A stretch of DNA of 64,000 nt from Deltaproteobacteria bacterium (GCA_040218735.1 JAVJQW010000012.1:352001-416000); one strand, 5' to 3'. Positions 38,514-48,759 are shown, counted from the first letter of the stretch. Notes: generated by a model not told the origin, from the sequence alone. Translations and numbers: made by a program.

Positions 38514-39311
38514 GTGCAGGACCCGTGGGGGACGAAGGAAGTGCCGGTCGACCAGATGGGTCGGTGGCGCATCGGTCCGCTGACGCTGCACGTCGCGCGC
38601 AAGGGCCACGAGTGGCGGCTCGCGCACGAATACGCCGACGATCCGCTGACGTCCGGTGTCGAGGTCGAGGTGCCCATGCCGCCCCACGACCTGCTGGGGA
38701 CGGAGACCGTGCGTCGCTTCGGCGTCTCGAACCCGTCGTGTCGCCTCACGCTGACGCCGCAGCTCGCGGACCGCGCGGTGGTCACGCGCCCGGAGCACCC
38801 GTTCGTCGTCCCGCCGGGGGAGGCGTCCGTCGTCTACGTGACGGCGCCGCTCTGGGTGCACGTGTCTTACGGTCAGGACGAGGCGCTGCTCACCGAGATT
38901 CCGACGTTTCGTCTCTCGGACACCTGGTTCGGCCCGCCGAACAAACACGGTGAGCTCGCGTACGCGACGCGGACCTTCTGCCGAACGAGCGTCGACGAGC
39001 TCCAGATCCGCCCGCACCGCGCGCACACCCGCGTGATCATCGAGAACCGCTCGCCGCAGCCGCTCGACTTCGTCGAGGTGTCGCTGCCGATGCCCCGGCT
39101 CGATCTCTACCGTGCGCGCACCGGTGCCTTCTGGACGCAGGACGTCGGTCTGCTGCGCGAGTCCGGCGACGACTTCGCGGCGCTGCGCCTCGACGCGACG
39201 CGCCCCGGTGCCGCTCCGGAAGCCAAGCTCGTGACACGCGCGCGCCAGGCGTCGGAGTCCAACCTCGTGGTGCGTGCGTTCACTTCGCTGTTCGCGGGGA
39301 TGGGAGGGTGA
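38514..39311 (+). CDS. Hypothetical protein, DUF432-like, coupled to MscS
   Basis: LTPQLADRAVVTRP, LSDTWFGP...GELAYA; ends 1 bp before the MscS start. Family call is from memory of similar MscS-linked proteins. Confidence 0.6.
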   Translation: MQDPWGTKEVPVDQMGRWRIGPLTLHVARKGHEWRLAHEYADDPLTSGVEVEVPMPPHDLLGTETVRRFGVSNPSCRLTLTPQLADRAVVTRPEHPFVVPPGEASVVYVTAPLWVHVSYGQDEALLTEIPTFRLSDTWFGPPNKHGELAYATRTFCRTSVDELQIRPHRAHTRVIIENRSPQPLDFVEVSLPMPRLDLYRARTGAFWTQDVGLLRESGDDFAALRLDATRPGAAPEAKLVTRARQASESNLVVRAFTSLFAGMGG

Positions 39312-39312
39312 C

Positions 39313-40137
39313 GTGAACGAGCTCGTCGAGACCATCGCGGACTTCATGGGCATCGACGGCCTGCGTGCCGTCCTGCGCGCCGGGGTCGTGTTCATCGTGG
39401 GCCTCGCGCTCGCGATCTTCGTCCCGCGACGCATCCGCCACCTGAAGATGCAGCCCCAGCAGAGCCTGATCGTGCGCTCGGCGCTGCGTTACGGGCTCGT
39501 GATCATCACGGTGATCTGGACGCTGTCGTTGCTGGGCATCGATCTGTCCGTGCTGTTCGGCGCGGCTGGCATCCTCACCGTCGCGCTCGGCTTCGCGTCC
39601 CAGGCGTCGGCGTCCAACCTGATCAGCGGGCTCTTCTTGATGTTCGAGTCGCACTTCGTCGTCGGCGACATCATCACGGTCGGCGACATCACCGGCGAGG
39701 TCACCTCGATCGACCCGCTCTCCGTGAAGGTGCGGACGTTCCAGAACCTCGCGGTGCGCATCCCCAACGAGACGATGCTCAAGGCGAACGTCACCAACCT
39801 CAGCGGCTACCCGGTGCGGCGCTACGACATGCGACTGATGGTCGGGCACGGCGAGGACCTCGCGAAGGTCACGCGCGTGCTGCACGAGGCGGCGACGAAG
39901 ATCGAGATCTGCCTGCAGGAGCCGAAGCCGCTGATCATCTTCCAGGGTTGGGAGGAGCTGGGCCTCTCGATTCAGTTCTCGGTGTGGGCGACGCGCGTGA
40001 ACTATCTGGAGATGCTGAACCGCATGCACGTCGGCGTTCGGGACGCGTTCGCCGCGAACGACATCGAGGTGCCCGTGCTCCGGCGGGACGTGAACGTGAC
40101 GGGCGGCGCGGCCCGGGTCGAGCCGCGCGCACCTTGA
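39313..40137 (+). CDS. mscS: Small-conductance mechanosensitive channel
   Basis: 3 TM segments, AGILTVALGFASQ...SNLISG, FVVGDII, VRIPN. Confidence 0.9.
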   Translation: MNELVETIADFMGIDGLRAVLRAGVVFIVGLALAIFVPRRIRHLKMQPQQSLIVRSALRYGLVIITVIWTLSLLGIDLSVLFGAAGILTVALGFASQASASNLISGLFLMFESHFVVGDIITVGDITGEVTSIDPLSVKVRTFQNLAVRIPNETMLKANVTNLSGYPVRRYDMRLMVGHGEDLAKVTRVLHEAATKIEICLQEPKPLIIFQGWEELGLSIQFSVWATRVNYLEMLNRMHVGVRDAFAANDIEVPVLRRDVNVTGGAARVEPRAP

Positions 40138-40144
40138 CGGCCGG

Positions 40145-40399
40145 CTACCAGCCCTCGCCGCCCTCGTCTTCGACCTTCTCGGTCTCGATGTTCGCGCCGT
40201 CGGGCATGTCGACGACCGAGCGAGACATCTGGACCCCGACCTGCTCGAGGAGCTCCTTCTCCTGCTCCTGCTGAGCGAGCTGCTCGGTCTTCTTCTGCAG
40301 GGCGGCGCCAAACGACGTCTTCGGCGGTGCCTTCACGGGCGAGCGCTGAACGCGCATCGGCGTGGCGCCGCCGGTCTCTTTCGTCTTCATGCGGACCAT
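40145..40399 (-). CDS. Small hypothetical protein
   Basis: 84-aa ORF with host-like codons filling the gap; Lys/Gln/Glu-rich; no family recognised. Confidence 0.55.
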   Translation of the reverse strand: MVRMKTKETGGATPMRVQRSPVKAPPKTSFGAALQKKTEQLAQQEQEKELLEQVGVQMSRSVVDMPDGANIETEKVEDEGGEGW

Positions 40400-40482
40400 C
40401 GTGCGGGACCGGCCCCCGAAAGCACAAGGGCCGCACCCGGCCGACGCTTCACGCGATCAGACATTCGAAGCATGATGCAGGC

Positions 40483-43400
40483 GTGCTCGGCGCTGCGCTG
40501 ACGGCCGTGACGCTGACGGCGATCGCGTTCAATCCGAACTGGCCTCCGGACCGGACCGACCTGCCGGCGGAGGCGTTCGCGCGCCCCGACGCGATGCCCG
40601 ACGACCCCGAGTTCGCGCCCGGGGTCGACGGCTGCGGCGGTCAGCACGGCCTCTACGGCTTCGTCCCGGACTGCGCGTCCAACGTCGCCGAGCCGCGCGT
40701 CGGCAGCGCCGTGGATCGCGCGTGGGTCTGGACGACCGGGCACCCCTCCGTGGTCATCGCGCCGCTCGGCGACGGCGTGGACTGGAGCGACGCGGACCTC
40801 GTCGGTCGGTGGGCGCTCGACCCGGGTGAGGTGCCCGCGCCCGAGACGAGCTCGGTCGCGGTCGGCCACGACGTGAACGGCGACGGGGCCTTCGACGTCC
40901 GCGACTACACCAACGCGACGGGGACCGTGGCCCCCACGCTGGACCGCGTGATCGACGCGACGCTCCTTGCGCGCGCAGACCGCGGCGACGTCAACGGAAA
41001 CGGGTTGCTCGATCCGCAAGACATCTTGCGCATCTTCTCGAACGGCGTCGACGACGATGGGGACGGCTACGTCGACGACATCGCCGGCTGGGATCACGTG
41101 GACGACGACAACGACCCCGGCGTCGTCGGTGGCGCGTCGCGCGCCGCGCGAACGATCGCCGGCCAGGCGAACAACGGCATCGGCGGCGCGGGGGTGTGCC
41201 CGGACTGTCGACTCCTCCCCCTGCGCGTGGCACGCCGCGGACGCGCCTTCGCGAACCCGCTCGCGCTCGCGCTGCGCTACGCGAGTGACCAGGGCGTCAC
41301 GGTCGTCGCGTCGTTCGTGGAGGCGCTCGAAGCCACCGCGCTCCTGGCGGCGGCCACGAACGACGCCATCGACGAGGGTGTCTTGATCGTCGCCGCGGCG
41401 GGCGTCGGTCCGCGCCGCCCCGTCGCATGGGATCCGGACCGCGTGCTGTTCGTCGGCGGCGTGGGTTACGACGCCGACGACGCGCGGGACGCCACGACCT
41501 CCCTCGCACCGGATCCCTGCGCGGGGTTCGGTGCTCACCTCGCGCTCGCCGGCCCGGGGCGTTGTGACGAAGGCGGCGCCGCGGTGGTCGCGGGGGTCGC
41601 GGCGCTGGTCGCCTCGGCGGCGCGCGGGATTCCGGAGCGGGGCGTCGCTCCGATCGCGGTCGGGCCCGACGCGTTGCGCACGCTCCTCACGTCGAGCGCG
41701 GAGGACGTGCGGCCGGAGGAGACGGAGGCCCCCGCGCTGAGCCCCGCGACCGCGACGCGACGCGGGTGGGACGAACGCACCGGCGCCGGCCGCGTGGATG
41801 CGCTCGCGGCCATCGAAGCGCTCGTCCGGCGCGAGCTGCCCAGCGCGGCGCGCATCACGACGCCGCCGTGGTACGCGGTGATCGATCCGACGACCACGAA
41901 CCGGCTCCGCGTCGCCGGGCCCGTCGAAGTCACCGACGGCGAGCGTGTCACGTGGACCCTTGCGGCGGCTGCGGGCGCCGAGCCCGAGCTCGACACGTTC
42001 CAAACCATCGCGAGCGGGACGATCGAGACCTCTTCCGAGGTCGAGGGTGAGCTCGACGTGATCGGCCTCTTCGCGGACACGGCTGCGGCGGCGCGGACGC
42101 TCGGCGCCTACCAGGTGACGGTGCAGCTGAGCACCCGACGCACGATGGACGGTGAAGCGATCGTCGGCGAGACGCGGCGGGCGTTCTCCGTGCACCGAGA
42201 CCTCGCGCTCCTCCCCGGCTACCCTGTGGACGTCGGCGCGGGCGTGGTCAGCGGACCGCGCGTCGTGGAGCTCGACGGCGCGCCGCACGTCGTGGTCGCG
42301 ACGGTCGACGGGGAGCTGCTCGCGTACGATCGCTTCGGCGAACGCTCCGAGCTGCTGAACGTGCAGACGCCGACGTCGACGCGAACCGGGGCGCGCGAGG
42401 TGATCTTCGCGACGTTCTCCGCGGCGATGGACGACGGGCCGTGGTTCGTCGTCCGCGGGCTGCAAGGTACGTTGACGGTCGTGGATCCGTCGGGGACCTC
42501 ACGGACGATCGTCGAGGCGTCCGGGTTCGGCGCCACGTCGTCCCCCGCGCTGTTCGATCTCGACGGCGACGGCGCGTTCGAGATCATCACGTCACGCGGC
42601 TTCGACGTGTTCGTACGACGACGGGACGGGGCGGTCGTGGACGGTTGGCCGCAGCGTGTGGACGGCGCATCCGGGACCCCGTCGATCGGTGACGTCGATG
42701 GGGACGGCGCCGCGGAGATCGTCGTGGCGACGGCGACGCAGATCTACGTGTTCGAAGCGGACGGAACGCTCACCGACGACGCGCCGCTCCGCCTGCCGGT
42801 CCCGGACGTCGCTCCGCCGGCTCGTTTCTTCGCACCGTCCGCCGCGTTGGGAGATCTCGACGGCGACGGGCGCCTCGACATCGTCGCGCCCGTGCTCGGC
42901 GGCGCCGCGGTCCAGGTCGACACCGGCGCGCGCACCGTGACCACGGCGCGTTCGACCTCGCGCGGCGTGGACGTCGCGGCCGAGGGCCCCCCGCTCGTCG
43001 GAGCGACGAACGCCGTGGCGCTGGGCCGCATCGCCGGCGACAGCCCGAGCACGGTGCTGATGCTCGCGTCGGTGCCGACCCTCGGGGGCCTCGGGGCGGC
43101 GGAGGTCGCGGAGCGCGCGGTGGGTTCGTTCGACGATGACGGCGACCTCGAGACCGGCTTCCCGCGCGCGATCGAAGGCGGCTCGGAGCTCGATGTGCTG
43201 CTCGCGGACATCGACGGCGACGGCCGACCAGAGCTCCTCTTCTCGGAAGCCGACCGCCTCCGCGCGGTCGCCTACGACGGCTCGCGCCCGCCCGGGTTCG
43301 CCAAGCTCACCGGCGACGAGGTCGTGGCGACGCCCGTCGTCGAGGACCTCGACGGCGATGGGTTGTTGGAGCTCGTCGCGGTCACCCGCACCGGTCGCCT

Positions 43401-43614
43401 GTTCGTGTGGCGAACGCGGGGCGTGCGGGAGGGCGTCGCGTGGAATGGGCACCACCACGATCTCGGCGCGACCGGGAACCTGTCGGTGGAAGCGCTGGTC
43501 ACGGCGCCGGGGGCGGATACCTCCGGCTGCGGCTGTCACGCGGCGTCCGGCCGACGCGGCGAGGGGCTGCTCGCGCTCGTGTTCCTGACGCTGTTCCTGC
43601 GGCGACGCCGCTGA
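40483..43614 (+). CDS. Secreted S8 (subtilase)-fold protein with degenerate catalytic sites, FG-GAP/VCBS repeats and MYXO-CTERM
   Basis: AWVWTTGHPSVVIA, NNGIGGAGVCPDC, GAGRVDALAA scaffold; many DLDGDG repeats; C-terminal GCGCHA...LLALVFLTLFLRRRR. Confidence 0.8.
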   Translation: MLGAALTAVTLTAIAFNPNWPPDRTDLPAEAFARPDAMPDDPEFAPGVDGCGGQHGLYGFVPDCASNVAEPRVGSAVDRAWVWTTGHPSVVIAPLGDGVDWSDADLVGRWALDPGEVPAPETSSVAVGHDVNGDGAFDVRDYTNATGTVAPTLDRVIDATLLARADRGDVNGNGLLDPQDILRIFSNGVDDDGDGYVDDIAGWDHVDDDNDPGVVGGASRAARTIAGQANNGIGGAGVCPDCRLLPLRVARRGRAFANPLALALRYASDQGVTVVASFVEALEATALLAAATNDAIDEGVLIVAAAGVGPRRPVAWDPDRVLFVGGVGYDADDARDATTSLAPDPCAGFGAHLALAGPGRCDEGGAAVVAGVAALVASAARGIPERGVAPIAVGPDALRTLLTSSAEDVRPEETEAPALSPATATRRGWDERTGAGRVDALAAIEALVRRELPSAARITTPPWYAVIDPTTTNRLRVAGPVEVTDGERVTWTLAAAAGAEPELDTFQTIASGTIETSSEVEGELDVIGLFADTAAAARTLGAYQVTVQLSTRRTMDGEAIVGETRRAFSVHRDLALLPGYPVDVGAGVVSGPRVVELDGAPHVVVATVDGELLAYDRFGERSELLNVQTPTSTRTGAREVIFATFSAAMDDGPWFVVRGLQGTLTVVDPSGTSRTIVEASGFGATSSPALFDLDGDGAFEIITSRGFDVFVRRRDGAVVDGWPQRVDGASGTPSIGDVDGDGAAEIVVATATQIYVFEADGTLTDDAPLRLPVPDVAPPARFFAPSAALGDLDGDGRLDIVAPVLGGAAVQVDTGARTVTTARSTSRGVDVAAEGPPLVGATNAVALGRIAGDSPSTVLMLASVPTLGGLGAAEVAERAVGSFDDDGDLETGFPRAIEGGSELDVLLADIDGDGRPELLFSEADRLRAVAYDGSRPPGFAKLTGDEVVATPVVEDLDGDGLLELVAVTRTGRLFVWRTRGVREGVAWNGHHHDLGATGNLSVEALVTAPGADTSGCGCHAASGRRGEGLLALVFLTLFLRRRR

Positions 43615-43682
43615 AACGAAAGAAGCGGGCGCGACCCCGAAGGCCAGCCCGCTCCTTGGCGACCGGCCAAGGGGCCGGTCGA
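43615..43682 (-). terminator. Hairpins between the convergent S8-like gene and atpE; probable intrinsic terminator of the atp block
   Basis: Minus strand AGCGGGC...TTCG...GCCCGCT followed by TCTTTCGTTT; second perfect stem CGACCGGCC-N4-GGCCGGTCG at 43660-43681. Confidence 0.6.
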
Positions 43683-43695
43683 TTTCGCGTGAACC

Positions 43696-44028
43696 TTACA
43701 GCGCGACGATCTTCCCCTGGAGGAAGAACGCGATGACGAGCGCGAAGAGCACGAGGGACTCCGTCATCGCGAGGGCGATGATCATCGGGGTCTGCACCTT
43801 CGGCGCGGCCTGCGGGTTACGCGCGATGCCCTCGAGGGCGGCCGCCGCGGTACGCGCCTGACCGAGCGCGCCACCGAACGTGCCGAGGCCCATGCAGAGC
43901 GCGGCCGCGAGGGCGACGTAGCCCACGTAGTCCTTCGCGCCGCCGCCGCCGCCGCTCTGGGCGAAGGCCGGCGCCGCGACGAGCAGCGTGGCGAGGAGGG
44001 TGGTGATGGAGGCAATGAACTTCTTCAT
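43696..44028 (-). CDS. atpE: ATP synthase Fo subunit c with signal-peptide-like N-terminal extension
   Basis: [18 protein letters not shown] loop, conserved Glu in MTESL. ATG 44028 follows AAGGA. Confidence 0.95.
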   Translation of the reverse strand: MKKFIASITTLLATLLVAAPAFAQSGGGGGAKDYVGYVALAAALCMGLGTFGGALGQARTAAAALEGIARNPQAAPKVQTPMIIALAMTESLVLFALVIAFFLQGKIVAL

Positions 44029-44153
44029 GGTGTTTTCCTTTGTTCGATCGTCGTCCCTTCGGCTTCGCGTCTTCGCTGCCTCTACCTTCTCTCTACCGAC
44101 CAACCCGTTGCGATTCGTCGAAGTGAAGACCGACGTTCCTTTCAAGAGATTGT

Positions 44154-44981
44154 TTAGTGCGCCGCGGCCCCTTCGCCGTGGCCGTGACCGTGCGCGTGCT
44201 CGTGGTGCTCGACGTTGGCCTCGACCTCGCCGATGTACACACACGAAAGCAGGATGAAGATGAACACCTGCACCAGCGCCACGAACGTCCCGAGCGCCAC
44301 GAAGGGGATCGGGAGGAGCAGCGGGAAGATGCCGACGAACACGCCGAGCACGAGGTGGTCACCCGCGATGTTGCAGAGCAGACGAACCGAGAGGCTCACC
44401 GGACGGATGCAGTGCGAGATGATCTCGACCGGGAGGAACAGCGGCGCGAGGAACCAGCCCCACGGCTCGCCGACCGGGTTCGCCATGTGGGCGATGTGGC
44501 CCATGCCGAGGCGCCGGAACGCGTCGAAGTTGTAGTAGATGAACACGATCGTCCCGCACGCGAACGTCGTGTTGAAGTTCTCCGTCGGCGGCAGGAACCC
44601 CGGAATCAGGCCCAGGAGGTTCGAGAACAGGATGAAGAACGCGAGCGGGCCGATGATCCAGAAGTGCCGAATCGCCGCCTGACGGCTCATCGTGAACTGC
44701 ATGATCGAGAGCAGGCCCTCCATCATCAGCTCCACCAGGTTGCGCGAGGTCAGCGACGCATCCGGGAGGATGTCCCCGCCCGCCCGATTCAGGCCGGCGC
44801 GAGCCGACAGGGCGAAGAGGAGCATCACGAGGATGACGAGGAGGAGCGCAGCGATGTGCTGGGTGTGGACCGGATCCGCGAACAGCCACCCGGGACCGAA
44901 GCTCTCGATGGAGTGCTCCAGCTCGTGGAACCCGGGGACGAAGTTCAGCCAACTGGTGTGCTCGGGCATCGCGCCCGCCAC
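44154..44981 (-). CDS. atpB: ATP synthase Fo subunit a
   Basis: [45 protein letters not shown]. Confidence 0.95.
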   Translation of the reverse strand: MAGAMPEHTSWLNFVPGFHELEHSIESFGPGWLFADPVHTQHIAALLLVILVMLLFALSARAGLNRAGGDILPDASLTSRNLVELMMEGLLSIMQFTMSRQAAIRHFWIIGPLAFFILFSNLLGLIPGFLPPTENFNTTFACGTIVFIYYNFDAFRRLGMGHIAHMANPVGEPWGWFLAPLFLPVEIISHCIRPVSLSVRLLCNIAGDHLVLGVFVGIFPLLLPIPFVALGTFVALVQVFIFILLSCVYIGEVEANVEHHEHAHGHGHGEGAAAH

Positions 44982-45425
44982 CTAACCTAGTTCGTCCTCG
45001 TTGTCTCCCATTTCCTGCGCGATGCGGGCCTCGGCTTCGCGGATGGCTTCGAGGCCCTCTTTCGACGTCGATCCGCGGTTCAAACCGAGCACGAGAAGCA
45101 TCAGGCCGATCCCCAACCCGATGAGGAGACCGAGCTCGTGGACGCCCCAGACCGCGAGACACGCCCACAATAAACCCGCGACGATCGTGAGCTTTCCCAC
45201 GAGCACCAGCGTGAAGACCCCCTTCGTGGTCCCGGAGACCGTCGGATCGAGGAGGCGCCCGACGAGGTACGTCAGCGCGACGCCGTCGAACACGATCAAC
45301 ATCCCGCCCGTGATGAAGCCGAGCGCGGGGTCCTGCCCCCAGATGATCCACAGCAACAGCGTCAGCGCCCCGAGCACCGCCGAAGCGAGCCGCAGCACGT
45401 GGACCAACAATACGTTCGCGAGCAC
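44982..45425 (-). CDS. atpI: ATP synthase protein I-like membrane protein
   Basis: 4 hydrophobic helices, located directly before atpB. Confidence 0.75.
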   Translation of the reverse strand: MLANVLLVHVLRLASAVLGALTLLLWIIWGQDPALGFITGGMLIVFDGVALTYLVGRLLDPTVSGTTKGVFTLVLVGKLTIVAGLLWACLAVWGVHELGLLIGLGIGLMLLVLGLNRGSTSKEGLEAIREAEARIAQEMGDNEDELG

Positions 45426-45632
45426 TCAGTCCTCCTTCGACGCCTCGGCCGCGGCGCGCCAGATGCACCGCCCCGCGACGAGCGTCCCGAACCCGAAGCC
45501 GGCGAGCGTCAGCCAGGGCGACGTGCCGAAGCGCCCGTCCGCCCAGTAGCCGGCGACGAGGCCACCGACGATCGCGACGCCGATCTCGATCCCGAGCGCG
45601 CTCGCCCGTCCGCCGCTGCCGAGTCCGGCCAC
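45426..45632 (-). CDS. atpZ: AtpZ/AtpI-family small membrane protein
   Basis: LGIEIGVAIVGG...GYWADGRFGTSPWLTLAG motif. Confidence 0.8.
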   Translation of the reverse strand: MAGLGSGGRASALGIEIGVAIVGGLVAGYWADGRFGTSPWLTLAGFGFGTLVAGRCIWRAAAEASKED

Positions 45633-45671
45633 GACTCGATTCGGTGCGAAGGGGCCGGACGAGTCAACCGA

Positions 45672-48671
45672 TCAGAGCGTGCGCAGCGTGCCGTCGAGAC
45701 CGACGGCGTAGAAGGTGCGGTCCGGGGCGATGTAGAGGTAGCGGATGTCGAGCGTCGTGAGCTCGTCGAGCGTCGCGCTGTCGATGCCCTCCTCCAGCCA
45801 CGGGTCGAAGATGAAGTTCGATCCGAAGTTGTGGTGCTCGGGACGATAGGTCTGGGACCACCAGCCGCGGAGCACGATCGGGTTCGTCGTGAGACCGGTG
45901 ATCGTCGTGGCGTCCCACGCGATGAGCGGAGCGGTGTAGCCCGCGATCGCGCCGGTCGGGTTCGGCGGCCAGTACAGGCGCGTGTTCACGGTGACGCCGT
46001 TGGGGCCGTCGATGTCCTCCTCGTGGAGGATGTGCGCGGGCGTGAGGTCGTCCGGGCCGGTGCACGGCTGCAGGTTGATGACGTCCTGGGTCGTCGTCGT
46101 CGAGCCCATCCAGTCCACGAGGGGCTTCGGCGTCGCGTAGTCGATCCACACGTACTTCGAGAAGTCGTCGTAGGTGAACAGCGGCGAGCGCCAGTCCTCG
46201 ACCTCCCGCACCGTGTGTGTCTCGATCGAGAACGTGCGGGCCCCGGACATCTCGTCGTCCGCGTAGGACTCGACGAGGGTCGTGCCGTCGATCGTGTGGG
46301 TCGCGCCCGGGAACGTGCGCAGGTCACCATCGGACTGGACGCGGCTCCGATCGCGGAGGTGCTCGACCGCGACGCGACCGAAGATCCCGGCGTCGAGGCT
46401 CGCTTCGTCGAGCCAGCTCGCGGTGGTCTCGATCGTCCAGCGCGACTTCCCGCGGTGCATCGAGAAGACGTCGCCGTACTCCCCCTGGAAGGTGCACAGC
46501 TCGACGGACGACCCGAGCAGGAACGCGGGGGTCGTCGTGTTGGGTCGGGTCTGAGGGATGCGGCGGACCTGCTTGAGGATGAGGTCACCCGGCTCGATCT
46601 TCTTGTACTCGAAGTCGAGGAGGAACGAATCGAGGGTCGGGTGGCGGCTCGCGTACGCGTCGGTGACCCGTCGCGTGAGATCGAGGAGCGCGAAGTACTC
46701 GTTCGGGTCCTCCAGCACGGTCGTGCCGAGCGTGACGAGGCTCGACGGCTCGCGGAGCACGAGGCTCGGGTCACCCTGGTTCGGGAGGTACGCGTTCATC
46801 ACCTCGGGCGGCGCGCCGGTCTCGGGGTTCGTCACGGAGACCGCGCCCGGCTGGCTCACGATCTGCGCGGTGATCCACGTGGGGGAGTCGTGGTCCATGA
46901 CGACGACGCCGTTGGCCAGCTCGATCGCGTCGGGGAACGAGTGGTGCACGAGCACGCCCATCGCGACCTGGGACTCGTCGACGCCGTGACGCAGACGCTC
47001 CATGAACGCGTTGTCGTTGTAGAAGCTGGCGTACACCTTCTTGATGGCGCGGTAGACACCGCGCTCCTTGGCGCGCTCGGGGTCGCACTGGCTCGGACCT
47101 TCCTCGTCGGCGTCGGTGTCGTCGGCGAGGCAGCCGCTGTAGCTGTCGTAGAGGCCGGCGCCCGAGAAGACGTCGCTGTCCTCGACGTTCGTCGACGAGC
47201 GGAAGCGGATCTTCTTCGCCGGGTCGAAGGGCGCGAGCGCCGCGGCGATCGCGGTGCGCTGCTCGGCGGTGAAGCTCGCGTCCTCGATCAGCGTGCGGAT
47301 CTCGTCGAGCTTCACATCGAGCTCGGCGACGTTCGGCGGGAACGTGACGCCGGCGAGGCGATCGTCGATCTCCTGCGCGAGGGTCTTGTTGGTCGGGAGC
47401 GTCTGCGCGAGGAAGGCGTCCCAGAGGTCGAAGGACAGCGCGACCGCCTGCGGGGAGTCATCGGGAACGACGTCGCGCAGGAGGCCGAAGTTGGCCGCCT
47501 TGCCGCCGAAGTACACGATGTCCGAATCGTCGAGGTCGTCGACGGAGCCGCTGATCGCGCCGAGGGACTGCTTGGCGGGGATGGTCAGCGGGGGCGGCGC
47601 CTTGAGCGCGCGCAGGGCGGCGAGCATCGCAGGGTCGAGCGCGTCGATGTCGGTGACCTCCACGTCGCACGTGCCGGTGAAGGCGTCGTACGCGGCGACC
47701 GCGACGGTCTTGCCGACGAGCGCGGCGGGGACTTCGTCGATCTGCGCGAAGGGCACGCCGTAGGAGCGCGCGAGGATCGCGACGTGAGAGTTCGGCGTGG
47801 ACGGCGACTCGGAGAGGACGCCGGCGACGAACGGGATCTCGGCGGGGACCGCGTTGGTGAGGAGGATGTCTTCCGCGGTGAGCGCGCCGGTTCGGTAGGC
47901 TTCGTCGATCTGGTCGGCCTCGACGCGCACGAGCTTCCCGACGGCCCACCCGGGCGCGTAACACGGGAGCGACGTGCCCCACCGGCTCACGCTCGACACC
48001 TCGACCCCGCGGTCCGAGAGCCAGCCGCGCCACTGATCCGCGGACGCCTGCTGCTCGAAAGTCGGCATGTAGAAGGGTTGGGTGTTTTCGGAGGCGTCGA
48101 TGCTGGCGACCACGAGGTCGAAGACGATGCGCACCATCTCGGGGTGATAGGCGTCCTGGCGGACGAGCTGCACACCGAGCTCCTCGACGTCTGGACTGGG
48201 CGGGAACAACACCGCGCCGAAGATGACCTCCTGGCCTTCCTCGTGGAGCGACTGCGCGTCGAGCTCGGCGCGCGTGAGGCCGACGAACGGGTCGAGGTGC
48301 GCCGACGCGAAATCGTAGTGGTAGGCGTACACGCGCCCGTCCTGGAAGTAGACCTTGGACGGGTCGCGCATCAGCACCGCGAACTTCACCCAACGAATTT
48401 CGTCGCCGACGTCGCGCGCGGGGTTTCGAAATTCGTCGTCGGGCGCCGAGATGCGGTTCTTCCACGCGTCGGACGGGGTGATCGTGATGGGGCCCGTCTC
48501 GACCGGCCACTCGAACTCGCTCGGATCGGGGCCTCCGTCGCGCTCGGAGCCGCCGTCGTGCACCACCCCCGCATCCGAAGGCGCGGGGCCGGGTTCGTTG
48601 GATTTCTCGGTGCAGGCGAACGCAAAGAAAACGGCGGCGAGGGGAGCGAAAACGCGAATGAAATTCGTCAT
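45672..48671 (-). CDS. Lipoprotein with phosphohistidine-swivel-like motif and PPDK/PEP-synthase ATP-grasp domain
   Basis: Lipobox FAFAC; TPNSHVAILARSYGVP; FGGKAANFGLL, RFRSSTNVED, FSGAGLYDS, AIKKVYASFYN, MGVLVH, QVR. Confidence 0.82.
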   Translation of the reverse strand: MTNFIRVFAPLAAVFFAFACTEKSNEPGPAPSDAGVVHDGGSERDGGPDPSEFEWPVETGPITITPSDAWKNRISAPDDEFRNPARDVGDEIRWVKFAVLMRDPSKVYFQDGRVYAYHYDFASAHLDPFVGLTRAELDAQSLHEEGQEVIFGAVLFPPSPDVEELGVQLVRQDAYHPEMVRIVFDLVVASIDASENTQPFYMPTFEQQASADQWRGWLSDRGVEVSSVSRWGTSLPCYAPGWAVGKLVRVEADQIDEAYRTGALTAEDILLTNAVPAEIPFVAGVLSESPSTPNSHVAILARSYGVPFAQIDEVPAALVGKTVAVAAYDAFTGTCDVEVTDIDALDPAMLAALRALKAPPPLTIPAKQSLGAISGSVDDLDDSDIVYFGGKAANFGLLRDVVPDDSPQAVALSFDLWDAFLAQTLPTNKTLAQEIDDRLAGVTFPPNVAELDVKLDEIRTLIEDASFTAEQRTAIAAALAPFDPAKKIRFRSSTNVEDSDVFSGAGLYDSYSGCLADDTDADEEGPSQCDPERAKERGVYRAIKKVYASFYNDNAFMERLRHGVDESQVAMGVLVHHSFPDAIELANGVVVMDHDSPTWITAQIVSQPGAVSVTNPETGAPPEVMNAYLPNQGDPSLVLREPSSLVTLGTTVLEDPNEYFALLDLTRRVTDAYASRHPTLDSFLLDFEYKKIEPGDLILKQVRRIPQTRPNTTTPAFLLGSSVELCTFQGEYGDVFSMHRGKSRWTIETTASWLDEASLDAGIFGRVAVEHLRDRSRVQSDGDLRTFPGATHTIDGTTLVESYADDEMSGARTFSIETHTVREVEDWRSPLFTYDDFSKYVWIDYATPKPLVDWMGSTTTTQDVINLQPCTGPDDLTPAHILHEEDIDGPNGVTVNTRLYWPPNPTGAIAGYTAPLIAWDATTITGLTTNPIVLRGWWSQTYRPEHHNFGSNFIFDPWLEEGIDSATLDELTTLDIRYLYIAPDRTFYAVGLDGTLRTL

Positions 48672-48759
48672 GATTCTTCAGAAAGCTGAGGAGGAATCGA
48701 CGATCCGCGACGCTGAAGACGCGATCTCGGCGCTCCCGCTCAGCTCCGCGTGCTTGCGA

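Noticed and set aside
45399-48689. 1096-aa + strand ORF opposite the PPDK-like lipoprotein
   Set aside because: Antisense shadow frame with no domain signal.
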